NCBI GenBank assembly: GCA_051362555.1
Contig: CM120643.1
Span: 19,472,848-19,536,847 of the forward strand
From: Lingula anatina
Lineage: Eukaryota > Animalia > Brachiopoda
Direction: 5' to 3'
DNA: 64,000 nucleotides
The notes below the pieces were generated by a model that was not told the DNA's origin, searched no databases, and saw only the letters and a program-made list of their open reading frames with translations. The translations under genes and the position numbers were made by a program. Shown piece by piece: positions 1 to 11,700 of the stretch (its first letter is position 1; every line of letters begins with the position of its first letter).

Positions 1-446
1 TTCCGAGCACTTTATATACCCACTTTTTCTTGATTTTTACATGAATCATTTCAAAAAAGAAATAAACAAAATATTTTAATTAATAAGGAAATGGAGTTTT
101 TTCAGGTGACAGCTGAAGTAATAGCAGGCTTCAATTAAATAAGAAAGATATCAATTTAAAATTCTTTTTGTACCATGAAATTAAATTTCACGATCGCGTG
201 CAACAAATGATATTTCTAAAATAAAACCCAGTTTAAGTTGAAAGTTATTGACCAAAAAAAGCACGAATTTCACAAGTATCCCTTCATCATAAGTCATATG
301 AGAAATAGTCCATTATGAACGTGATGTCTCCGCTAAATAAAATGAAACGATTTCCATACTAACTAGAAAGATGTTTTCAATTTTTTCTCTGAAAAAAATC
401 ATTTATACGTGTAGTGCGTAAAAGTTAACTGCAGAATTTTGACGTT

Positions 447-447
<1 letters not shown>

Positions 448-503
<56 letters not shown>
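448..503 (+). repeat. poly(A) tract (~56 nt)
   Basis: Uninterrupted A run; possible retroelement tail or simple repeat. Confidence 0.9.
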
Positions 504-504
<1 letters not shown>

Positions 505-1274
505 ATATTTAAAAAAATCCCTATGGTATACAACTTTCTGTCAGTTATTTTGTTGATTTCACAAAAAAATATCCGATAGCTATTTGACTGTTAAGACGTT
601 TTTCTTGGATTAGCTAAGGTCTAATTTAATGTAATCATGCAGGTCTATTATTTCTAACGCACGCAGCACATATTTTTCCTGGACCATAAATTGTTATTTG
701 TATAATTTTGAATTCATAGCATGTCATAATGAACATTGAAAAAACAATTTACAGGCCCTTTCAAGGCTAAACCGTACGTGTGAATCAACAGAGGGACGGG
801 GAGGAATTATCCAGTAATTCAACCAACCGCTGCCAGATAATGGATAGATTTATATCATCGTGACATATAACATCGCTTTCATTATTACTGTTTTTTTTCA
901 TCAATTTTTTTTTTTTTTTTTTTTTTGTGGAAAGTTATAACAAACACGTGACACATTGTCTATATGCCGTAAAAGGGTAAGCAATGGGGCGGGAATTCGC
1001 AAATCTAAATATGACGACGGATTTTAGTCAGGTTTTCGATTCCCCTTAATGTCTTTCTCCATTATGGAATTTGAAGAAATATGTCTATGTCTTTAAAAAA
1101 TAGGCATTGGCCTTCAGTCTTGGCCATAAATCAGCAGCTTTGTAAACTAAAATATACAGAGAGCTACTCTATTAAGTGTTTGGAGCTGTTTCGATATCAT
1201 TTCATTAATCAAAATGGCCGTCAAAAGCATAGGAAATGATCCCCTGCCTGGCGTGTCCCCTCTTAGACTCTGCC

Positions 1275-1450
1275 TGAGGACCCCCATGTGCACGATGGTC
1301 CACGTCTAAGGCTCCCCATGGGTAAAGTGATACACGTCTAAGCCCCCCCCACCCCATGGGTAAGGAGATCCACGTCTAAGGCTCCCCGTGGGTAAAGTGA
1401 TCAACGTCTGAGTCTCCCCATGGACAAAGACTTGGTAATCCACGTCTGGG
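1275..1450. repeat. Degenerate minisatellite, ~32-38 bp unit x ~5
   Basis: Recurring ccccatgggtaaagtgat(a/c)cacgtctaagg unit. Confidence 0.75.
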
Positions 1451-1635
1451 GGTTCCTTTTTCTACTAAAAAGTCACCTTTCAGGATTTCTTTGAGGCAAA
1501 GGGACCGTCTGTGGGGACCACCGTGCCGTATACCACGTTCCACATTACTCTCAGACCACAGTAAATATTTATTCTATTTTCATTGGTTGTCTTTGTTTCA
1601 TTGGTTTTATTTGTTGTTTTGTAGGCCAACACTTA

Positions 1636-2594
1636 GTGTTACATTACAATAAAAGAAAACGGTACAAAAAGAATTTCTTGCCTTCAACTATCTGTGAAAA
1701 TTGTTCATATGATACATACGTTACTGATACATACGTGACCAAAAATATGAAAGTGTTGTTTTCTAATTTCATTGATTGTTCTCTGTTGTCATTACTGTAC
1801 TTTGTGAGTGCGTGCGACGTTGCATATGTGCGCACGCATGTTTTTACATCGCTCATTCTTAGTGTTACGTAAATATGATACATACGTTACCAAATAATGT
1901 GAATTCATGTCAATTCACTGTATAGATCTTAAGGAAAATATAAGTATTATTACTGATGCATCTCTGAAGATCTACTTTACAGATGTCAAGTATAATCCAA
2001 GCTTTCGGCCCTGGGCCTTCTTCGGAAGAGGCATCCGCTTACCATGTAGCGTGTAAATACTTTATTTTTATTATTTGTTGTCCGTTTTGTGAGCAAACGC
2101 CTTATTCTTACGGTATACTACATTCCAACAAAAAAGAAAAGCAGGGCAAGTAAAGATTACTTGTCTTGAAACCGTTTGTTGAAATTGTTTATATGATAGA
2201 TATATACGTTACCAAATAACGTGAAAGTATTGTTTTCTGATTTCATTGTTTGTGCATTGTAGGGCCTATATGTGAGCACGCTTGTTATTACGTCTCTCAT
2301 TCTTCTTTGTTACGTTAAAATGATACATACGTTACCGATACATACGGTGTGGTAACGTATGAATCGGTAACGTATGTATCATATTTACGTAACAAAGAAA
2401 AATGAGCGACGTAAAAACATGCGTACGCACATATACAACGTCGTACGCACCCACAGAGTCGTGACAAAGGCAAACAAACAAAAAAAAAAACAAAAAAAAA
2501 AAAAAAACTTCACGTTATTTGGTAACGTATATATCGGTGAGCAAACGCCTTATTCTTACGGTATACTACATTACAATAAAAAGGAAACGCAAGG
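1636..2594. repeat. Modular interspersed repeat cluster (direct and inverted copies, palindrome centred ~2348); host of the P-like insertion
   Basis: Blocks such as atgatacatacgttacc, cgctcattctt and gtgagcaaacgccttattcttacggtatactacatt recur at ~1640-1900, ~2090-2345, inverted at ~2350-2535, and again at 6482-6970. Confidence 0.8.
1995..2028 (-). ncRNA. Minimal hammerhead-like motif (Penelope-type), degenerate copy
   Basis: Minus strand reads CCGAAGA-AGGCCCAGGGCC-GAAA-GCTT-GGAT; stem I is poorly paired. Confidence 0.3.
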
Positions 2595-5500
2595 CAAGGA
2601 GTTATAACAGAAGGAGATTACACGCGTGGGGGCGGAGCCCGTATTACGGTCTCTCATTGGTCGGAATGAATAGAACCCAGAGAACAATGGATGCCTATCT
2701 CTGTTACGCTTAATTGCTACTCTCGTTTAAATCTCGTTTGTTAGTATCTGTGCCTTCGTCTGTTGATTTTTGAGGACAGAAACAGAAACGGAGTCCCAAG
2801 TTTCTAAAAAATGAGAGAAATACAAAATTTATATGATATTACGTTGGACAAGGTTTTCAAAAAACAGGTAAGTGCTTTTAAATGCATAACTACACGAAAT
2901 ATGAAGATAAATTGCAACTTTTATGTCGTAGGGTCTCACTGTGTAAGTGTCCAGCTACACGTTGATCTCGCGAGGTGGTGTGTGGAGAATAAATATTGCA
3001 CGAAAAATATTTCCCACTCATAACAAGTGCCTATAAATATAGTATCAGATGAAGAAAGTTTGGTCTTTATACAGTTGCAATTGTTAAGTAATTTGTGGCA
3101 ATAGCAAAGAATAAAACTTAGGTGCACTTTCAGTAGCCGAATAACAAGCAGATGCTTAAGCCGCCATCTTGTTAATATTTCGAAAAAAAAAATTACTCCA
3201 AAAGACATTTTCCTCCTACTTTTTGAAACTTGTGTCACATGACAGTCATAAAATTTAACTAATTGTTATGTGTGCAACACACTTGCTTGAGCAGTATTGT
3301 TTTTTTTTTTGCGATTTTACATGTGGTCTAGCTTGGATACGACAATTGACAATTTTCATGAGTTCCGATCAAAAAGTGTTACGCTTGTTACGGCCAAAAG
3401 CCTTACCGCTTTTTGTACTTTTCAAATGCAAGATTATAAAAAAATTTGGTGTGTTTAGATTCTTGAACATCTTGGTCGTGGCGTGGTATATATTGCATGG
3501 ATACTGCTCCAATATTTCTTGAAAAAAATAACCCGATTTGTTCAGAATACCAATTTTTTTACTCTAGTGTTATGGGTAAATGTACCATTTTGGCCTTTAC
3601 CTTTTTCATGTCTAAATCTAAAAAGACTTATCATGACAGTTGGTCATCATTTTTCTTCTCACCATGGTGGGTGGCTTTGGAGTGGTAACTTTCTTGTTAA
3701 AGTAAAGTGCTCAGTTATTTTGACTGGAAAATTTTGCCTCCACCCAGCATTTTCCATCATGGCGGTCTAACAGGAAGTTTGACTTCACAGTGTCTTTGGT
3801 ATAGTTATTTTTAACTTATTTAGTCTTCTTTTTACATATATATGTTTTAATTCATATTAAAAATTTGAAAAAAGAACACACATGAATCCTGGTGCTTCTT
3901 AATTTAAAGTCTTAAGGTTTTAAGTTCACCTAGGCTCCACCAATTACTTTACCTGTTATCTCACTACACATCTCTCTTTGAGTCGAGGTGTGTAAGACAC
4001 ACCTTATTGTGTAAGACACCTCTATAATTAAGGGGTACTTGCTTCTCTACTTAAATTATACTTCACTACTTTGGCATGTTAGGTGGCAAGCTTGGATGTT
4101 TCAGTTCATTTTAAGAAAGAAGCTTTGCCTTGGTGGTTACAAAAGAATAGAACTCTATTAAGGTTTATTCATTACTTGAAATTAAATATTTCATCTTGTA
4201 GTGTTGAAACAGAAATTCTCTCAAAATTGATAATGAATTTGACATGCATATCTTAACACTACTCAAGTTTTTTTTTCTATTATAGATATGGGAGAAGGCT
4301 GCATTGAATATATGAATTATGGTCAGGCTGGAAAAAATTAAAATATGTCAATGAAAAAAGGAGGTCAGTGTGTCTGGGGTAAGTTACTTTTGTCATAATG
4401 CTTAAGATGCATTAAATATTCACTAACAACAGTACCCTTTTTTATTTTTTTTTCAAAATACAACAACCTTGGGCATTTTCCTTTTAGCAACCAGCCTCTC
4501 TGAAATCCCCTTTTTGTCCTGTCAGAAGAGTAGGGACCAGGGCGGATTTAAATAATTTCTTGTAATAAGTACAATTTCTTTCAATTTCTTGGGGTTATTA
4601 GCTGGTGATCATGAATCTTGATGTTCTATATAAATTTAGTTGTAAATTGTTCATTTATGTGGTGAACATTATTTCAGTCAAGTCATAACAAGACACATTA
4701 AACTTCACTGCATAATTCCATAATGTCTACATGGATACTAGTAGTTCATAATGCTATTATTATGTTCTATTTTCTAACCTACAGGTTTCTCTCTTTTCTG
4801 AGTGGCATGGAATTAGCAAGGCAGAAGAAAAGGCCCTGAAGAAATTCTCACTTGAGTTGTCCTTTTTGGAGAAGAAACTGGATAAGACTGGCCAACAGAG
4901 ATTGCATTAAATTAATAGTGCTCCTTTATGACATTTTAAAATATTTTCAGTCACCTAACTGACTCTATACATTGCAAAAGTGGACATAAATTTTATGTTA
5001 CTGTTACGTGGAAAAAAATTCAAAACCTATATATAAATTGTTGAGTGCCATGGTAACAGTCTACCTGATTGCCAGTGAAATTTCTGTTTCAGTGAAATTT
5101 CTTTAAAGCAGTCACTTACTGCTTACTTACCAGTTAATTTTTTCAGCTGTTACATTTTATAAATGTTCTTACTAAGTGTTGTCTTGATCTATAATAACCT
5201 TTTGAAAATCCCATGTTTTTCATCCTATTTGTAAGAATTAACCACTTTATCTTCTAGGATTTTTTTTTTCATTTGGCCCATTAGATTCTCAGACCTTGCT
5301 GGCCTGTAAGTGGAATAGTATCTGGCACCGACTGGTATCAGCAAGTCAGATAAAAAAGAATATAATTATTTCTATTTGCACGGTTGAAAAAAATGCCATC
5401 ATAGACTGCATAAAACTGGAAAACTGTAGCAACTTAATCATTCTTATGACTTCATGTATTACTGCTTATGTGTAAAATTTTTGTTTTTGTTCTTCTATTG

Positions 5501-6474
5501 ATATAATAAAATGGTTTTACTCACAGATGCTACTTTCATGAGTATAGAGTGCTTGAGTATAGAGTTGACTTAAAAGATATTTTAAGTTAATATAGTAAAT
5601 AATAGTTTGAAATTCAATATTCTCATCTTTATTTGTTTCACTTTAAAGAGCTCAGTGAATACTAAAATTTGATATATTTTGTACATAAATATATTTATGA
5701 ATGAATAAAAATTATTCTTAATGTATAGCACTGTGCACTTGTTTATCGACAAATATGAACAGTGTTAGTACGTGTCAAATAATCCTGAAAAAAAGGGAAA
5801 TTTCCAAGATAAATAAATTTATAACGAGTATTCAGTAAACTGACGTGTCGTGGCATTGCCTCAAACTTGGATTAAAATTTCAATTAAATGCATTATAATA
5901 TTAAAATTATACCGAGTGAGAGAAAAAATACTTTAAGAAATTTAAAACCAGACACAAAGCGTAGGCACTGTCACAATGCATATGTTTATGGGACCCAAGG
6001 GCAGGAGGGTCCAAACGTTAATGTATTAATATTATGTCCTTTGGCAGTGAGGACAGACGTTCACTTGAATGTCATTTTCACAAATCACAGTTGGGACGTT
6101 TTCTTTTGACTTCTCCTTGGTGATTTTTCACCGGGTTGTGCCATAAAAAAGCCATCTATCACCGACTAAAAAAAGGTCATGGCGACCATCCTCAGTCACC
6201 ACCTTATAATCGCTTTCTATGATATCGTTCCCTTCCAGCACATCGTCCAAATAATTACCTGTGAAAAAAATCGTCAGCATACAGCGGCGCTTTGACATTA
6301 CTGATCTCGAATTCTAACGCGAAATAACGCATATGAAATTTATCTCCAAGCTGAGGAGAGCGACGCAGACGAAACCTTGAGACCGGAGGCCCCCCGTAGC
6401 TAGCTCCGCCCACCGTAACAGACATCGGACAATAGAAAGGCTTGCGTGTAATCTCCTTCTGTTATAACTCCTTG
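2595..6474. mobile_element. Non-autonomous TIR DNA transposon, P-element-like (3880 bp)
   Basis: Perfect 31-bp TIRs CAAGGAGTTATAACAGAAGGAGATTACACGC (2595-2625; reverse complement at 6444-6474). Flanked by identical 7-bp CGCAAGG (2588-2594, 6475-6481). The flanks rejoin into the repeat seen uninterrupted at ~2090-2200. No intact transposase ORF. Confidence 0.85.
2811..4910 (+). pseudogene. Three-exon decayed ORF (or lncRNA) inside the P-like element
   Basis: Exons 2811-2867 (CAG|GTAAGT), 4286-4378 (TAG acceptor; GGG|GTAAGT) and 4785-4910 (CTAAC branch, CAG acceptor). All joins are phase 0, giving 91 codons with two in-frame TGA in exon 2. GC box (ggggcggagc ~2628) and inverted CCAAT (~2656) lie upstream. 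Confidence 0.45.
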
Positions 6475-6481
6475 CGCAAGG

Positions 6482-6970
6482 CAAGTGAAGATTACTTGTC
6501 TTGAAACCGTTTGTTGAAATTGTTTACATGATAGATATGTTACCGATATATACTTTACCAAATAACGTGAAGATTCATGTAGATTCACCGTATAGATCTT
6601 GATAAAAATAGAAGTATATATATTGATGCACCTTGAAAGATCTACATTATAGTTGTTAAATACAATCCGAGCTTTCGGCCCCTGGGCCTTCTTCGGGGAT
6701 TATCTGATTTTTCATTAGATATTCAAAGACACGTCTCTTGTTAAATTGAGGACAATATTCTCTGCACTTGCGTCAGAGAAAAAAAAAGTACACATAATAA
6801 AACTGTAGTTATATACTGTAGTATTTCAAATAACGAGAAGGTTTCTGATTTCATTGTTTGTTCTCTGTTGTCGCGACTCTGTGGTTGCATTGTATATGTG
6901 CGCACGCTTGTTATTACGCCGCTCATTCTTCTTTGTTACGCAAATACGATACATAGATTACCGTTACCAT
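6482..6970. repeat. Right half of host interspersed repeat
   Basis: Continues the 2528-2594 copy; near-identical to 2147-2340 and 1890-2030. Confidence 0.8.
6665..6700 (-). ncRNA. Minimal type-I hammerhead-like motif (Penelope-type) with U4C core variant
   Basis: Minus strand: AUCC-CCGAAGA-A-GGCC-CAGG-GGCC-GAAA-GC-UC-GGAU. Stem I is AUCC/GGAU, stem II is GGCC/GGCC, and palindromic AGCU stands in place of stem III. Confidence 0.45.
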
Positions 6971-7113
6971 GATGCGTATAATTTGACAGGGTGTTCTAGT
7001 ACCAGGGCCACAGACTGATTTTTCACTAGATATTCAAAGACACGTCTCTGGTTAAATTGAGGACAATATTCTCTGCACTTGCGCCAGAGAAAAAAAAAGT
7101 AAACATAATAAAA
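6704..7113 (+). repeat. Direct duplication of ~100 bp (6704-6803 and 7015-7113)
   Basis: ctgatttttca(t/c)tagatattcaaagacacgtctct...cataataaaac occurs twice. Confidence 0.8.
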
Positions 7114-7899
7114 CATGCGGCCCTGGAAGACGGTAAGCTATAATAGTCTGTTACAAATTTGTTGCCCACGGTGTGATTTTTATATACCGTAGTATTTTAG
7201 TGGGCCTCTGATGTCAGAGGGTAGTGCTACGTAATGTGAGCAAGAGGGCACCTTTGCGGGTCCACTGGGTCAAGGCTGAGGTACCCTACCCTTTGAAAAA
7301 AAAAAAACTTCCACTTTAGATGTGGGAAAAATCTCACTGGGATGGACTCGGGTCTAAAGCTCAAAGGAAACGTTATATGACCCTTGATGAGGAATCTGAT
7401 GAATCAAAGGAATCAAACTTGGACGAATAAAACCAAATCCTGCCTTTCGTATAAATGAAGTACCAGAAGAGTGAAAAGACTGTTGGGAAATAATACATTT
7501 TTTCTGTTTTATATTTTTTTGAATGATTGTGCATATCTCTATTGCTCAACTAGAAATTTTGTCACGACTTTTACCGCGGACTATTTTCTAGTTTTACAAT
7601 AACTGTGAATTAAAATTGATTCCATGGGACATTAAAAACAATACCACTTAGAAAGTGGCCTAATTCTTTTGTTACTGCATGGTAGGCTAAAAGCATACAT
7701 GTATAATGATGAAGAACTGCATGTAGTAATTATAGCGCACAGATTCCACTGTTATATTAATAAACATTAAAATATTTAGGTGTTTTAAAAAACTTTGTGT
7801 CTGGGATGAACCAGGTTTTTAACCTAATATGATATTGGCAGCTTTCTCGTTGCCGGACATAAGATTTCTTTTTGGCTTGTCATTCAGCATTATATAAAA

Positions 7900-8097
7900 A
7901 CTAACATTAGTAAAAACTAGGGTGTGGTTGAGAAGTCACATTGTGTTAGTTGCGAACCGGAAGCAATGCTGTAGGAATGCGTGCACTTTGTTGACCTAGT
8001 TTCACCTTTCATCTGTCCGCGTGATAACTCGAGCTTTTGTTTGTGAAAGCAACAAATTTGGCGAAATTGATGAAATGGACTTCTGCTTATATTGCAG
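7900..8097 (+). promoter_or_regulatory. Probable RREB1 promoter / non-coding first exon
   Basis: ETS-type CCGGAAG at 7957-7963 and locally more CpG. Strong donor CAG|GTAAGA at 8097/8098 pairs with acceptor ttatttttAG at 8691, upstream of ATG 8780. Confidence 0.5.
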
Positions 8098-8779
8098 GTA
8101 AGATTCCTTTCTAACTCCCAGATATGTTACTTGATCGCCAATGCGAATAATAGTATCGGAAAATGCCCAGAAATTAACCGGCGACAACAATAACTTGTAA
8201 GTTACGTTACTCAAGTCGGAGCAGTAGTTTTTGCTTTGTATCGTGCTTGCCTTGCTGTAAACACTCTAGACTTAAATCAAACAAATGTGCACATGGGGAA
8301 ATTGCATCATTGGATAGCCTTTATATAATGCGATAACAATACAAAGTAATTTTATGGCCTCTTTGGTTTTTAGTCGTTGTTTTTGCTTTTTCTGCCAAGC
8401 GATGGGTATCTTTGTTCGCCTTATCTTCATGCTTATGCTAAAGATCACGTCCTACCTTGCCGATTATTGGCTTTGGCTGCATTATAAAAATGTCAGTTTT
8501 TTGTAGCAGATGTATTTCTAGTGTTTTTAATATTGTTGATAAAATGAAATAAATCAGATGGCGAAAATACTTAAGGTTTAAAAATAAAAAACAAAGACAC
8601 TTATATAAGATCCAACTTACATAATTCAAAATAGTGATGGGAATGTTCTTGAACACAATTCCAAAGAGTGACACATATATTTATTTTTTAGGTGAAGGAA
8701 AAGGGATGGAATCCCTCCTTTCATGAAGGAGCATAATTGGATTGGGCTATGTCATAGTAAGTGATTGCAAACAGTAAAG

Positions 8780-11700
8780 ATGGGGAAGAAGAGGGAGCAC
8801 TCTCGCGAGTCAACTCCTCAAAAACAGGACCAAATTCCATCAGAGAAGAAAGCCTCACCATCTCCTAAAACCACTCCCAGTAAACAAGAATCCTGCTCTC
8901 GAGAATCTACTCCAGTTCTCCAAAAGAAAGATTCTTTGGATTCTAAGAAGTCGCAGTCAGAGGGAAAAGCTGTGCCCAAGAAAAGGGGAAGATCTCGAGA
9001 AAGTACCCCCCTGGAATTTGACGAACCTCCAGTGGATACCAAGAAATCACCGGTTGTTGAGAAAACTGTAACCAAGAAAGGCAGCAGATCTACCGAATCA
9101 ACTCCTCAGAAGCAAGACCAAAATTACTTTGATTCGAAAAGATCACAACCAGCTTCTAGAAAGAGATCACCAGCTAGCAGAAGTACAACCAAAAGAAAAG
9201 ATTCCACAGGAAATTCAGTTTCCCAAGAAAATATAGCCCTGCAAGATTCCAGTGAAGCACAAACTGACCTTTCTAAAGAGATTAGTAAAACAGAGAATCC
9301 AGCAAAAATATTACCTCACAGACGATGCAATTCAACAGACTCTAGGCAATCACCTCCTAAAAAGATGTCTAAGAAAATGGGAGAAGAAATCAGGGAATCA
9401 TCACCTTTTGCTCAAGACAGTACTGTTTCTAAAAAAATTCTGGCCAATAGAATGCCCAGAAAAAAAGATGAAACTTCTAAAGATCTCGTCTCAGTTGGAA
9501 AGAAAATTTTGTCAAAACCGAGTTTGTTGAACCGACCCGGTATTACATCAAAAGTTTCCTCAATGCAACTTCATTCAGCAAAGAAAAAAACCAACTGTTT
9601 AAGTAAGAAAAAAACAAAAAATTCTGCTGGAGAAGATTTAGACAGCTGTACTCTTTCGGCAAGCAGTGCTGTGGTCAAAGGTGTGCAGTCTGGAAAAGAT
9701 GGGAAAAGGAGACAGAAAGACCGTAATGTGAATGAAAAGATGGCCTTGAATAATGATGTAGATATGCTTGTTACAAAACCTAAAATGCAGGACATGACTT
9801 CAAGAACTACTGCAAAAAGAGGTGGTAGCCGGAGCCAAAGTTCAAAAAGACTTCTTGCAAATAGGGCGGACAATTTTGCAATTGTAGATGATGTTGGGGT
9901 TACAGAGGAAGGCTCACTTGATAAAGAAAAGAACAAAAAATCTGGGCAGAATGATATTGCTGAAGAATTAATTGCTGCAGTGGCGAAGAATTTGAGTAAG
10001 ACAATGGGTACGAAAAAAGGGAAATTTTCCCCTGAGGGAGTAAGAGAACCCGGGAGAAAAATATCTGCTAATAAGAAACTGAAAGGAAAAAGGAACAAAA
10101 AAGAAAAGATATTAGAAGAAACTTCTAAAAAGTCTTCTTCTGCTGTTACCACTCAGGGCTCAGAGAGTATGCAAATGAATCAAGCAGACGTTGACAAAAA
10201 ATTTGTAACGCCAGGCAAGGTCAAAGAAGTCAGAGGGAAGAGCAAGGTATGGTTTATATTATCCTAATGACTCAATCTTTTCAATGGGGGAAAACTGAAT
10301 TTTACAGATACTGCATTTTTTTAGTCATAATTTCTAAAAATTAAAACAATTGTTATTGAGTGGTAGCAACAAAATTAAAAAGCAGGGTATTCTGTAGTTC
10401 TATTCTGTGGAGTAAAAGCACCACAAATGCTGTATAGAAATAAAATTTTTGTGATCATAAAATTATGTATTTGAAAGTTTGATATTTTTGCCCATTGAAA
10501 AGACTGAGTAATATTGTATTTCTTCACCCATCTTTCCTTGAGTAAAAAAGTTAACGTTGTCAGAGAGAAGATATTTTATGTTATGTTAATTAAAAAGAAA
10601 AAAATTATCTCAAAGAAGAAGCTTATTTTCCTCCTTTTTTCTTTCAAAGTTCCTTAGGCAGTCTAGAACCATGGTAACGTTTAAGGTGTTTAATATCAAA
10701 TGTTAAAGTGAATTTATTTTGGCAAAAAAATAGAAAATAATGCAAATTTCTTTGCCTTATAACTATCATTGACATGTTGAAGGGGTATTAATACAACTGA
10801 AATGGTTGACAAAACAGAAAGGACATCAATTTATTTTATACATAGGAATTTATTATTTCTGTACAAGTACGTCTTTACAATGGATGTCACCTGACAAAAC
10901 TTTCTATAATCACACTACTAAAACAACAACAACAACAATTTAAAACATGTTTACAAGAGATTGTTATTCTGACAATGTTATGATTAAGGTATACATAAAA
11001 TCGGTTACTTGGCGTGACTTTGGTCTTTGGGTCAGAATTTGGGTCAGGGTTTTAGTATATTATCAATTCATATTGCATTATGAAAAGATAATTAAAACTA
11101 ATCAGGTTTCCTTCCTTATTTTTCCATCTCCAAGCACTTGATTCTAATATCATAAATATAAAAAAAAGCTAAAGGAAAAAGTAAGTTGATCTTCCATCAT
11201 GTCTTCTCTTCATTGATTGGCACAACTTAAAGGACAAAATTTATGCTCGATAATAAAAATTTAATAGTCAAAATGTATAAGTCAAAATGGCCCACCTTCC
11301 AGATAATTTTCCAAGAATTCAAGTAGACAAAAGGGTATTGCCCTTGTTTAAATATGTTATAAATTGTCCCACTTGCTCATATGACCTTGAGCTGTTTGGC
11401 CCAAATAAAACATTGTGGCGTAGACTACAGATAGAATATAGAGATACAGATACTCTGATAGTGGATGGGATTGAAGGATGTTGACATGGCTCGAATCAGT
11501 GGAGGTTACTAGTACTAATATTTGGCTATTTTATACCTAGGGTCGTAAGTTAGAAGTGTATTTTAAAAATATGCAAAGTAGCAGCATCACATATGATACA
11601 CACATGACTTACATGCAGTATCTAAGAATCAGGGTTTACTTTTGACTTGTTCTTTTATAATATGCCAAGATGATAAGTTATTTGAAAGTTATTCTCACTG

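Noticed and set aside
1644-2607. Similar ORFs MYHIYVT... on opposite strands
   Set aside because: They arise from inverted copies of a non-coding repeat.
4286-5720. Selenoprotein reading of the two in-frame TGA codons
   Set aside because: No convincing SECIS (AUGA...AA...GA stem-loop) seen downstream and no redox motif; CpG decay is simpler. SECISearch would be decisive.
6060-6120. THAP domain (KENVPTVI resembles AVPTIF)
   Set aside because: No upstream C2CH signature; the similarity is too short to support a transposase call.
9571-10152. Long antisense ORFs opposite RREB1 exons (also 19871-20263, 22585-22977, 23320-23610)
   Set aside because: Shadow ORFs of low-complexity coding exons, with no splice or domain support.
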